Source: Azolla caroliniana (taxonomy: Eukaryota; Plantae; Polypodiophyta). From it: 64,000 bases of DNA. The position numbers and the translations under genes were made by a program. Below, piece by piece: positions 51,175 to 62,272 of the stretch. The DNA is taken from NCBI GenBank assembly GCA_043228905.1, contig JBHGNT010000012.1:12462001-12526000 (forward strand), read 5' to 3'. The notes under the pieces were generated by a model. It was not told where the DNA came from and made no database searches. It saw only the letters and a program-made list of their open reading frames with translations. The stretch's first letter is position 1, and the number at the start of each line of letters is the position of its first letter.

Positions 51175-51790
51175 TCTACACTGAGGGGCCGCTATTGTGC
51201 ATTCCAAGCATCATCAAAGAGCTGCTCAATTTGACGGGGTTCTCTTCTCTGTGACACTCTACACTCAGGGGCCACTACTGTGCATTCCAAGCATCATCAA
51301 AGAGCTGTTCAATCTGACGGGGTTCTCTTCTCTGTGCCACTCTACACTCAGGGGCCACTACTGTGCGTTCCAAGCATCATCAAAGAGCTGTTCAATCTGA
51401 CGGGGTTCTCTTCTCTGTGCCACTCTACACTCAGGGGCCGTTACTGTGCGTTCCAAGCATCATCAAAGAGCTGTTCAATCTGACGGGGTTCTCTTCTCTT
51501 TGCCACTCTACACTCAGGGGCCGCTACTGTGCGTTCCCAGCATCATCAAAGAGCTATTCAATCTGACGGGGTTCTCTTCTCTTTGCCACTCTCACTTAGG
51601 GGCCGCTACTGTGCGTTCCAAGCATCATTGGTAACTATTCAATCTAACGGGGTTCTCTTCTCTGTGCCACTCTACTCTCAGGTGCCTTCTATGTGCGTTC
51701 CAAGCATCATCGGTAACTGTTCAACCTGACGGGGTTCTCTCCTCCATTGCCATCATTCTATACTCAGTTGCCGCTACTGTCCAGTCCCGG
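51175..51790 (+). repeat. 83-bp tandem repeat, about 7 copies, upstream of the transposase
   Basis: Unit CTACACTCAGGGGCC...GACGGGGTTCTCTTCTCTGTGCCACT; near-identical short ORFs start every 83 bp (51197, 51280, 51363, 51446, 51529). Confidence 0.95.
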
Positions 51791-52073
51791 ATTGCTTCCA
51801 CATTTCGATTTGACGGAGTTCACTCATCCAACGACAACATTCTACACTCAGTTGTCGCCATTGGTCGGTCTTGGATCGCCTCCTCAACTGTTCGATCCAA
51901 CGGAGTGAAATCCTCTATTGTTCGGTCTTGGATTGCAATAATTTTTCTGTCTATTGATTATCTTGTGTATCGTTGTGTCTAATCTTGTGTATTGTGGAAT
52001 ATTTTTGTGTATTGTTGTTGCCCATAGCCATCTTTAATACTTGTTTTTTTTTCTGGAAATTTAGGGTTTTAAC

Positions 52074-55000
52074 ATGTCCAGCCAAATGGAAGGGGAAGAA
52101 GGGTGTTTAGAATTACCCCTCAATGATCATAAGGATAGGGATGATGCTATCAGGACACAACAAGCCATACGAAACTATTGGGCAGAAAAAAAAAGGAAAC
52201 ATCGTCAATTGTTGAAGGATACAAAAGCCACACTCAGTAAAGGTAAGGATAGTTTAGCTGAGAATGTAAGTAATGCGACTACCATCATAGAGAGAAAGGT
52301 TGTAGACTATTTCAATGTTCAAACCAAGCACATCAGCAATGAAGAAAAGAAGGTAGTACTTTATGGAATATGTAATGATCCATCGATAAAGGACTTAGTT
52401 GATTGTGATGGTCTTAATGCAAACATATCATCTATTTTAGTAAATAATCTTCGTAATAGTTTCGTATCCATGAGCAGGTCAGAAGATGATCTTGTCTTAA
52501 AAAGGTCTAGTCTAATGATGTTACTTAATAGTGATGTTGACGATATAAACATCAGTGAGCTATCTAAGGTAATTGGTGTTAGTAGAAAAACAGTGTACAA
52601 TACAATGAACCGTATAATTTCCTCGGGTGAAGGAACTAGTCTACTAAAGCTAACTACAAGATGTAAGCCAATGACACCCATAACATTTGAAATCAAGGAT
52701 GTAATCACAATGTTTTGGACTAATGAGAGTAGGGTTTCACCCAATAAAAAGGATTTATGCAGGAAACGTGTTGGAAGAAATCAATACGAGGAGCATCCCA
52801 TTCATCTTCTTGATGTACCTCAGGTATTTACATTTATCTCAACATTTGTTTTGACTCTACTCGGAAAGTTAATTAGCTCAGTTAGCAGAAAAGCTAATTA
52901 GCTTATCAATTACATTTACCTCAGTTAGCTACTAGGATAGCTACATAGGTAACTTGCTACTCTCAATAGCTACTACCATGATAGCTAATTAGCTATTCTC
53001 AATAGCTAATTTAGGTACTACCAGATAATTAGCTGTACTGGTAGCTAGTTAGCTATCATGGTAGCTAGTTAGCTATTTCGTTATTACTAGCTAATTAGCT
53101 ACTAGGAAAGCTAATTAGCTACCATGATAGCTAATTAGCTACCATGATAGCTAATTAGCTTACTAGGATAGCTAATTAGCCACCGTGATAGCTAATTAGC
53201 TACTAGACCAGCTAATTTGCTACCGTGATAGCTAATTAGTTAGGACAACTAATTAGTTAGGATAGCTAATTAGCCACCATTATAGCTAATTAGCTACTAG
53301 ACCAGCTAATTAGCTACCATGATAGCTAATTAGCTACTAGACCAGCTAATTAGCTACCATGATAGCTAATTAGTTACTAGAACAGCTAATTAGCCACCAT
53401 GAAAGCTAATTAGCTACTAGACCTGCTAATTAGCTACCATGATAGCTAATTAGCTACTAGACCAGCTAATTAGCTACCATGATAGCTAATTAGCTACTAG
53501 GAAAGCTAATTAACCACCATGATAGCTAATTAGCTACTAGAATAACTAATTAGCTACCATGATAGCTAATTAGCTACTACGACAACTAATTAACTACCAT
53601 GATAGCTAATTAGCTACTAGAATAGCTAATTAGTTACGAGAATAACTAATTCCCCTTTATTACGCAGGTTGATTTATTTATTAGGTTCAAACGAATGCAT
53701 CCAACTATCAAAGTTCAACTACGAACATTCGAGTCTCTTAAGCCACACTTTGTGAGACGCTTAAAGGATCGATACACATGTTGTTGCATTTACCATGTAC
53801 AGATGGGTTTTCTGAAGGACTCTGTTAATCTACTACGTCACCATAGCGCATCCCTAACTAATATAGTTTACACATGTGGGTGCCCAATCTGTCGATCAAG
53901 CCCGCAAGAGGAGTGTAAATCATCTGAGCACGTTATCTCTTCCATGAGTTATTTATTAGATTCAATATTGTGTCCGAGAGAAACTGACGCTATCTTCCAT
54001 ATTCATAAATGTGTCATGGGTTTATGTCAAGATTGTGGCCCTACTAGATTTAGGTGGTGTCCAAATGAATTGAGTAGTGAAATATTGATCTCTGTGAAGT
54101 TATTTGAGTCAGTGAACACCAATTTCGAAGGAAAGGTGTGTAAAAGAAAGGATCTAGTTCGGAAGATGCTTAAACCAAGGGATTTGGTGTCTCTGTTTGT
54201 AGTATCTCTAGGAAAGTTCATTAAACACAACTTCATTTATTCATGGCAGGCCCATCAGTTTAAGACTTGCATATCTGATTTCCCAAATGATGTAGTAGTC
54301 TCAGTAGTAGATTTCGCAGAGAATTATAGTTTCAAGCAGCAGAATGAAATTCAATCTATGCATTGGTGTTCAGTTCAGGTAACCATTTTTGTGCACATAA
54401 CATATTTTTGAGTTTCAAGTGATGTTAAAAAAGTAATTCATTTCTTTATTTCCGATGATAAGAAGCATGATACCTTGTTCGTCCAACACTGTTTTAAGTT
54501 ACATTGGCAGTGGTTATTAGCTCAACGTTTGGAGCTTACTCAACATTGGGTTTGGTCTGACGGAGCTGCATCACAATTCAAGGCTCGACGTCCATTTTAT
54601 TTTGTGGGGAGGTATCCTGCTATAACAGGTTTGGAGATGAGATGGATTTTTTTTGGGTCTGGCCATGGTAAAGGTGAACATGATGGTGCATGGGTTGTTA
54701 TAAAGCGGGCACTTACCCATGAACAACTAAAGACAGATGGTGTGCACATGTAGTTGAATTTTTAAGAACAAATATGTCAACGAGTGCCACAGGTGTTTAT
54801 TCCTCACAAGTTCGAGATATCAAACGTGAATTTTGGGAAGTGAAGATAGATGAAGTAAATAGGGAGAAGACCTGGGAGTGCCAAGGAATTCCCGAATTGC
54901 GATCTCTGCATGCTGTTCGCGGTTATTCCAGGTTGGATGGTCATTGTATTGCGGTTAGAGAATTGACTTGTTTTTGCTTCCATTGTGTGCAGGGAAATTG

Positions 55001-55493
55001 GAGATATTGTCTAAACAAAGCATACATTCAGAATTGGGAGTATCACACTCTGAATGATAAGGAAGCAGTTGATGGAGAAATAGGGCAGAATGCTGACTTC
55101 ACATATGAGGGACTTGGAGATACTTTGAGTGATGTCCTGAACGTTGGGGATAACTTCGTTGTAAATGCTGAAGAAGGCAATTCAGAGGGTGTTGATTTCT
55201 ATATATTAAAGTGCACGGTTAGTAAACAGTGTGCAAGGCAGAATATTGTAGATGCATGGGGAAATTTTGTATCTGCCGGGACAATCTACATCGAAGGCAT
55301 TTTTTATGCAAAACTAGATGACTACGAATATGTGTACAGGCTGTTAGAAGACAAACCAACGGCGTACATGTACTCTCATTTGGTCAGGTGCATCAACGTC
55401 CCAATGTCAGAATACAATAGCTGCTCCGGTTTATACACTGTTGGTGCTAATGTGTATGAATGTATTTACAATAGTATGCCATGGAATTTGTAG
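52074..55493 (+). pseudogene. Sola2-like DDD transposase, two exons (52074-52823, 53668-55493), with a nonsense codon at 54409 and a frameshift near 54745
   Basis: HTH-like ISELSKVIGVSRKTVYN; Cys-rich region; DFAENY..QNEIQSMHW; ISDDKKHD; WSDGAASQFK; GHGKGEHDG; CFCxxC; GT-AG phase-0 intron. Confidence 0.85.
52870..53650. repeat. Array of the 14-bp palindrome TAGCTAATTAGCTA (~20-bp period) filling the transposase intron
   Basis: Direct reading; spacers alternate between CCATGA and CTAGA(C/A). Confidence 0.95.
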
Positions 55494-55839
55494 CTACAAG
55501 TAGCACTTACCATGTTCTCTTGTAAAACAAACATGTATTTCGCGAAAACAGTTAAATAAATTCGTTTGGAATCAATTTCTTGTATACAGTCTGCTTTTTG
55601 TGCTTCTTTCTCAATAAAATCATGTCTTTTTTGTGAAGTTTTAAGTTATAAGTATAGCGAAATAGTCATCAGTAGCTAATTAGCTGTATAAATGCAGCTA
55701 ATTAGCTGTCAATAGCTAAATAGTCATCAATAGCATGAAATCAACAATCTGCAACATATTCCTCAAATTACACAGTAGATAAGTACAGTGGGAACAAGTA
55801 ATTAAATTCTTCATTGAATAATGTCATCTCTTTACATAT

Positions 55840-56895
55840 TTATAAATTACCATTGGAAATGTCTACAAATCTCCTATAAACAGCTAAGCTCTTGCTAGTC
55901 AGTGGAATGAGTCTACATATATTATCCGCATATCGAGCTCGGTATGGAGTCCACAACCATGCACCTAGTTGGTAGCTCACTGTTTGCACCAGGTACTGTT
56001 CAGGCATTTCCTCGGGTAGAATGAGACAGCATCTCCGAATATTGAAGTAGTGCCGGAAATGTTCTGTATCCAAAATCAATGTATTGTCGGCATTATATTC
56101 AGGCCAAGTAGCCCAAAAATCAGAAAGTCTCTTGAATCTTGCAGCTTCCATTTGCTCACAATTTTCTCGTGCCCATTGACCTTTAAAACGACTTCGCCAT
56201 TTTGGGAAGAATCTTTCCAAACACTTCCACACATCTGATTTTGGTTTTTCACTCCAAATAAACAAATCAAAGTATTGCACAGCCCACTCTAGAAACTGAT
56301 TCCCGTCCCTCCTTGGCTGCATATATCTCACACTCATCAAGACTTTATCAAGCTCCAAGATCAAGGCTCTTCTTTCAACTTCTAGTGGTTTAGGTTTCCA
56401 TTCCTGAAACTGAGCCGTTGTTACACCATTTTCTGGTAGGATACGATCAATCTCAATCAGCTCAGGTTCGGCCGACACAACCGGCGTCCTTTTCCTCTTC
56501 AAACCCCTAGTCGACTGTGTTGGGCCTGGCTTCACATTCTGGTGCTCTTGTTTTGTCGACTTAGTTATCAATCCTTGGATTACCTCGGTGCATGTAGCTA
56601 CTGATCTGCTCGATATCAGTCCACTGGTATCACATGCTGCATCTACCTGCAACACCAAGTCATCCGTGCTACATGCTTGATCAACTTGTGTGACCAGATC
56701 ACTTGTGTCAGTTGCTACATCTACTTTCAAGATGGGGCCCTTTAAACATGCCACAACATCAACAGTATCCACACTGCCATTGGCCTTACGAGGAATAGAA
56801 TCAAACCCTTTAGACTCTGCAACATCAGAAAACACCAACATATTCACACTCACAAAGTAACTAACAGTCTCACAAAACAATATCCTGAACATCAA
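55840..56895 (-). CDS. FCP1/NIF (CTD-phosphatase-like HAD) domain protein with degenerate catalytic motif; last exon of the accessory gene or a separate gene
   Basis: RALILELDKVL (normally LVLDLD/N), FLEWAVQYFDLFIWS, W.RENC, KRLSDFW, EYNADNTLILD; 351 open codons. Confidence 0.65.
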   Translation of the reverse strand: MMFRILFCETVSYFVSVNMLVFSDVAESKGFDSIPRKANGSVDTVDVVACLKGPILKVDVATDTSDLVTQVDQACSTDDLVLQVDAACDTSGLISSRSVATCTEVIQGLITKSTKQEHQNVKPGPTQSTRGLKRKRTPVVSAEPELIEIDRILPENGVTTAQFQEWKPKPLEVERRALILELDKVLMSVRYMQPRRDGNQFLEWAVQYFDLFIWSEKPKSDVWKCLERFFPKWRSRFKGQWARENCEQMEAARFKRLSDFWATWPEYNADNTLILDTEHFRHYFNIRRCCLILPEEMPEQYLVQTVSYQLGAWLWTPYRARYADNICRLIPLTSKSLAVYRRFVDISNGNL

Positions 56896-57564
56896 AGAGT
56901 TTCATTACATAATGTGGATCAAGCAACAACCAATCTGAGGTTTTACTTGTCCAACACGATAGTAAAACTTCATAAAACCCTAGCAAAATCCCTAAGCTAA
57001 CAATCATATCCAACTAAACAGTATTTCACTCCACTACGTCTGGGCCCCTGGACCGAGTAACTGGTCTTGTTCCCGATCGTGGCCCCTTCTTCAGCCTTTT
57101 TCTGGTTGGTTCCCCATTTAGCCTTGCTTCTTTCACCCAATGCGCAAGTGTGTCCTCCTCCGACAACCTTCCCATCGCCTCAGCAGCTAATTGCACATCA
57201 GCCGTTTCTTGAACTAGCTTTTCAAGTACAGAGGGATCTGTTTGGACATTTTCAGTAGTTGGGCTCGGTGGGGTGGAATCAAGGTCTTGAGATTCGAAGA
57301 AATGTTGCATCAAGTGTTCATAAACACTGTTGTTGTGAACCTCAGTTTTACATGTTGTTTCCACTATTTCATGGCATTTCACATCGTTGCCTAATTCAGT
57401 ACACTATTCCAAAAGAATAGGGTGGAGCTGATCTGAAGGAGATGTGATAGCAGGACTCTTACTTTCAGCCACGTTGGCAGTAGTATCCTCATTTGTTGCA
57501 GCGTCATCAGCACCAGACACATCATGTGCCGTCCTTAATCCACAAGATTCTACAATAACATGGC

Positions 57565-58650
57565 AGCTATTTAGGATAGCTAATTAGCTACTTTACTAAA
57601 CTATGGTAGAAGCTAGGATAGCTAATTAGCTAGTATGATAGCTAATTAGCTAGTATGATAGCTAATTAGCTAGTACGATAGCTAATTAGGATAGCTAATT
57701 AGCTAGTACGATAGCTAATTAGCTACTTTACTCAACTATGGTAGTAGCTAGGATAGCTAATTAGCTACTATGGTAGCTAATTAGCTACTTTACTCAACTA
57801 TGGTAGTAGCTAGGATAGCTAATTAGCTACTTTCTCAACTATGTAGTAGCTAGGATAGCTAATTAATTAGCTACTTTACTCAACTATGGTAGTAGCTAGG
57901 ATAGCTAATTAGCTACTATGGTAGCTAATTAGCTACTTTACTCAACTATGGTAGTAGCTAGGATAGCTAATTAGCTACTTTACTCAACTATGGTAGTAGC
58001 TAGGATAGCTAATTAGCTACTTTACTAACTATGGTAGTAGCTAGGATAGCTAATTAGCTACTAGGATAGCTAATTAGCTAGTAGGATAGCTAATTAGCTA
58101 CAATGAAAGCTAATTAGCTACTTTCTCAACTATGTAGTAGCTAGGATAGCTTATTAGCTACTAGGATAACTAATTAGCTGCCAGTAGCTAATTAGCTACT
58201 AGGATAGCTAATTAGCTGCCAGTAGCTAATTAGCTACTAGGATAGCTTATTAGCTACTTTACACAACTATGGCAGTAGCTAATTAGCTAGTAGGATAGCT
58301 AATTAGTTGCCAGTAGCTAATTAGCTACTAGGATAGCTAATTAGCTAGTAGGATAGCTAATTAGCTTTTTTACACAACTATGGTACTAGCTAATTAGCTA
58401 GTACCATAGCTAATTAGCTACTAGGATAGCTAATTAGCTGCTAGTATTAGCTACTAGGATAGCTTATTAGCTACTTTACACAACTATGGCAGTAGCTAAT
58501 TAGTTACTAGGATAGCTAATTAGTTGCCAATAGCTAATTAGCTAGTAGGATAGCTAATTAGTTTTTTTACACAACTATGGTACTAGCTAATTAGCTGCCA
58601 GTAGCTAATTAGTAGGATAGCTAATTAGAAAAGACTAAGCTTATTAGCTA
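57565..58650. repeat. Second TAGCTAATTAGCTA array filling an intron of the accessory gene
   Basis: Direct reading; spacers CTAGGA, GTAGGA and CTTTACTCAACTATGG... Confidence 0.95.
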
Positions 58651-60039
58651 CAGTATGGTATACATGTTAGTTTTCTCCACTCATTTGGTAGAGCTGTACT
58701 GCAATCTCCCAAATAGAATGCAGCAATTCGACAGGCATGTTGAAAACAAAGCAGATGGTATGTGTGGTTGCATGGTTGTAGGTGAACCAACAAAGACACA
58801 GTTTTGTCCTCCACACCTAACCCGCAAGCGCTGCAACGTGCTTGAACTGTCAATAAATCATTTTCTGGTTCTACTTCATTTGGTAAGGGAGCAAGAATGT
58901 TCAGGTCCAAATCCTGTCTGGTCCTTACCATTCCCTCCACAAAATGTAGCTGCTTCTTAAGGCAGCTAACTACCTGTTCTTGATGAATGTATTGTTCCTT
59001 CAACGCAACAGAGAAATTTACCGATTAATTATTCTTGTTGTTGAAAGATACACCAACTTTGCTCAAGAATCGTTAACTTACTTGAAGCTTATCCAAATTG
59101 TAATCTGCAATAGTATTTACACCTAGAAGGTCCAGGTTCATTGAAAGAACCTGGATCTCTATTTGCAGTTCTATTTTACGCTGGGGATCCACTGGCCCCT
59201 CTAATTCAAGCTCCTATTGCGCAACCTATTCCAGATAATGCTTGATTAGCACATTTTACCCGTTATTTATAACCCAATCACATACCAGCAAAACAATAGT
59301 TACCTGAATCTTATTTCTAATTGTTGTAACAACGGAAGTAACTTTGCTCTCCATTGTAGAAGCCATTGTGGCTTTCTCTAAATCAGTCTTAAAAAATGCC
59401 AATGTCTCACAGGCTTCATGGACATTTTTTAGCATATAGCTAACCAATGTCTCACCTGTATCATCGACATTGGCTTTCCTTGGGTGTCGGTGTGGTGTAT
59501 GCCCCCGGTCTTGCTGGGAGTCAGCAGTTGCATCAACAACTGCCATGCTCCAAAATCTGTCTATTTTTTGTGCCAAGGTCCCCATCTTTCGACATCTTTT
59601 TACCGATGCCTCACCATAGACTGCCCAAGCTACCCTATACATTTTAGGGTCTCTGGATTCCTTCGCTGTTTTGCAGTACTCATATGCAAATGCTCTAGCA
59701 AATGAAACTGACAACTCATTGTTAACTGGGATCTCCTGATGAACTTTCTGGTGCAATCTCATGCAGTCATCGTACAAATCGGCTCGTACATGCTTCAGCT
59801 TGACCTTGCCTTTGACTCTAGGCACTGTATATACTGTCATCCAATCTACATCACTGATCAATTTATCACTTAGGACAGCAGGGTCAACACCCTCGAGTGA
59901 CAGACCATAGGTGTTGTGGAAGTCCTCCTTTGTCTCGCAAAATTTTGCGAAGTTTAGCACTCTCGTATACGGAGGAACGAGCCATCTGAAATATCATTTC
60001 AGAAATAAGAAATAGTGCAAAATCAGAATATGTGAGAAT

Positions 60040-60535
60040 CAGAAACCCCAATCAACAACAACAAAAATGGTGCAAAATTTTTAACTTAGCAAATCAGAAA
60101 CCCTAATCATAATTTGTATTCAGAAATTTGAAGAAACCCTAATCAAAATCTGTAATCAGAAGTTTGAAATCAGAAACCCTAATCAAAATCTGTAATCAGA
60201 AAATTGTAACCAGAAACCTTATTCAGAAATTTATAATCAAAAACCCTAATCAGAAACCCTAATCAGAAATTTCAATCACAAACCCTAATCAGAAATCCTA
60301 AACAGAAATTTATAAACAAAAACCCTATTTAGAAATTCTAATCAGAAATTCTAATCTGTAATCAAAATTTGTAACCAGAAACCCTATTCAGAAATTCTAA
60401 TCAGAAATTTATAATAAAAAACCCTAATCAAAAATTTCAATCACAAACCCTAATCAAAAATTCTAATCAGAAATTCTAATCAGAAATTTATAAACAAAAA
60501 CCCTAATCAGAAATTTCAATCAGAAACCCCAATCA
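60040..60535. repeat. Degenerate AAACCCTAATCAG (telo-box-like) array in the first coding intron of the accessory gene
   Basis: Repeated AAACCCTAATC / AAATTCTAATC / AAATTTATAA units. Confidence 0.85.
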
Positions 60536-61307
60536 TCACTAAAGACAGGATTAAACACAAAAAAAGTAATCTAAACACACCTGTTGCTTCTCCCCGATTT
60601 GCGAGACATCCTTGTATGGGACTCCAAGGACTTCGCCCTATTCGATTTTGGGGAAATATGAATTGGCACCAAAGTTCAGACAGTAGTCAAAAAGAAAAAA
60701 CAAATGTTTGAGGTTTCTGTAACTGAAACATACCTGGACGATGATCGAGCGGGTTCTGTGTTGTAGGTCTCAATCTGCAATGTCGATTTTCTGCTGTTGC
60801 GGGAGCTACGTCTGCGTTCGTGCTCTGAGTACTCCATCTGCGTTCAAAATCAGACTTAGGCTAAACAGGAAATTGATGACATTGAAGTCGACCTTAGATG
60901 ATGGTGTTATTCCCCAAGTTCCATTACGTCTGAAACAGAAGTTCAAATATTTGAGTTTTTTCATAAATTAGTTTTTCAAATATTTGATTTTCCCACAAAA
61001 AAGACTAGCTAAACAAATAGCTAATTAGCCATGGCCATTTTAGTAGCTAATTAACTATAATAGTGTTTCCACTCGCATGCTTTTACCCCCACCTCCTAAT
61101 ATAATAACTAGTGTATCATAGAACCTTAAAGTTCTATGACACATATTTAGTGTAGTTAAGTCTCCACCTCTCTTTAGTAATTGGTGATTGTAGAAAGAGA
61201 ACATAGAGAGAAGGTGACTACATAAGCACTTGTCTCCTCTTCCTTGTAACAATTGGTTATTCTTGCTCCATGTTAATACAATTTTTCCTGTTTTTCTTTA
61301 TAACTTT

Positions 61308-61358
<51 letters not shown>

Positions 61359-61417
61359 TATACACACATACACACACCTTCTATTGCACAAAATCACTCC
61401 CGATTCATTATAGTGGG

Positions 61418-62172
61418 CAAGGTTGTTAGGTACGTTTGATATATTATGGATAGCATACGTATATAACGTATTAATACGCGTATAGTACCTCCGAATTTAA
61501 AAATACGTTAAATATGTTTTTTAATATGTTAAATACTTATAAAATACGTATTTTACGTATAGTACCTTAAATACTTCTAGGATTTGAAAATTATTTACCT
61601 TTCTAAAAAATATTTGTAATATTATTGTAAAAAGCATGTTTACACAAATTTGTAATGTACAATATAGTTCTACATCCTAAAATGCATATAAGACATTTGA
61701 GCATTTCACATCCTAAAATACTTATAATATGGATGTCGACATTCACTGATTCTATAAATCAGTGTAAGTGTGTATCACGATGTTCTACTTCAAATTGTAA
61801 TTATTTACGATTATGCCTTCATAGATTGAGGAATCGTCTACGATTATCACACTTAGGATAGGTTTCTATCTTCTTTTCTGTCTTCTTCTTCTTCTTCTTC
61901 GTTGTCGTCATCATCTCTTCTATTCTTCTTTCTTCCTTGTTTTTGCTTCTTTTTCACTAAAATCTTTTTTTTCTTTTTCTTTTTGTTGGGGTTTTACTTA
62001 CATTTTTTTATAAATACGTATTATACTTGTTTTTTCAAATGTACGTTAAATACTATATTGGACAAATGTACATGATATTTGACTGAACAACATTGAGGTA
62101 TAGTACATACTATACAAATTATGAGGTATTATACATATTTAAACGTTAAATATGGGTACTTAAACAACCATG
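61418..62172. mobile_element. hAT-type non-autonomous element (MITE)
   Basis: Imperfect TIRs CAAGGTTGTTAGGTAC / GTACTTAAACAACCATG; perfect 8-bp TSD ATAGTGGG (61410-61417, 62173-62180); AT-rich, no ORF. Confidence 0.8.
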
Positions 62173-62272
62173 ATAGTGGGTAATTGGGTCTATGTGTGTT
62201 TTATGGCATTTTGGAGCTCCTCTGCCTATGTTAGAAAAATGTTTATCAACATGTCCATATCAACTTCATTAT

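Larger units (their letters stand above)
57026..60609 (-). pseudogene. Transposon accessory gene: unknown N-terminal domain, coiled coil, RING-H2-like finger and acidic region (partly decayed)
   Basis: Exons 60609-60581, 59985-59304, ~59225-59082, 58997-58664, 57549-57026 with GT-AG borders; CSAC...PCNHTYHLLC...C; a few stops and one frameshift. Confidence 0.65.
50813..61088 (+). mobile_element. 10.3-kb cut-and-paste DNA transposon, Sola superfamily (Sola2-like), with accessory gene(s)
   Basis: TIR GGGT(G/A)AAAGCATGCGAGTGGAAACA at both ends; 4-bp TSD CCAC (50809-50812, 61089-61092); empty site preserved in the 5' LTR (GAACACCCCACCTCCTAAT, ~30361). GRG...CYC termini and transposase motifs fit Sola2. 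Confidence 0.85.
30319..61412 (+). mobile_element. Old degenerate Ty1/Copia 'C', the outer shell of a 31-kb nest
   Basis: TSD GTGGG (30314-30318, 61413-61417). 5' LTR 30319-32016 (split by a LINE); PBS TGGTATTAGAGC at 32017; gag/PR/pre-INT/RT remnants 32177-34095 continuing as RT-RH 49315-50560; PPT ~50730-50740; 3' LTR 50741-61412 (split by the DNA transposon). Confidence 0.9.

Noticed and set aside
51197-51729. Five near-identical 62-67 aa ORFs
   Set aside because: Artefact of translating the 83-bp tandem repeat.
52870-58650. CRISPR-like appearance of palindromic repeats with spacers
   Set aside because: Spacers are short and reused rather than unique, there are no cas genes, and the arrays lie in spliceosomal introns.
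60040-60535. Telomere or interstitial telomeric tract
   Set aside because: Units are ~13-bp AAACCCTAATCAG variants, not (CCCTAAA)n, and they are internal to a transposon.
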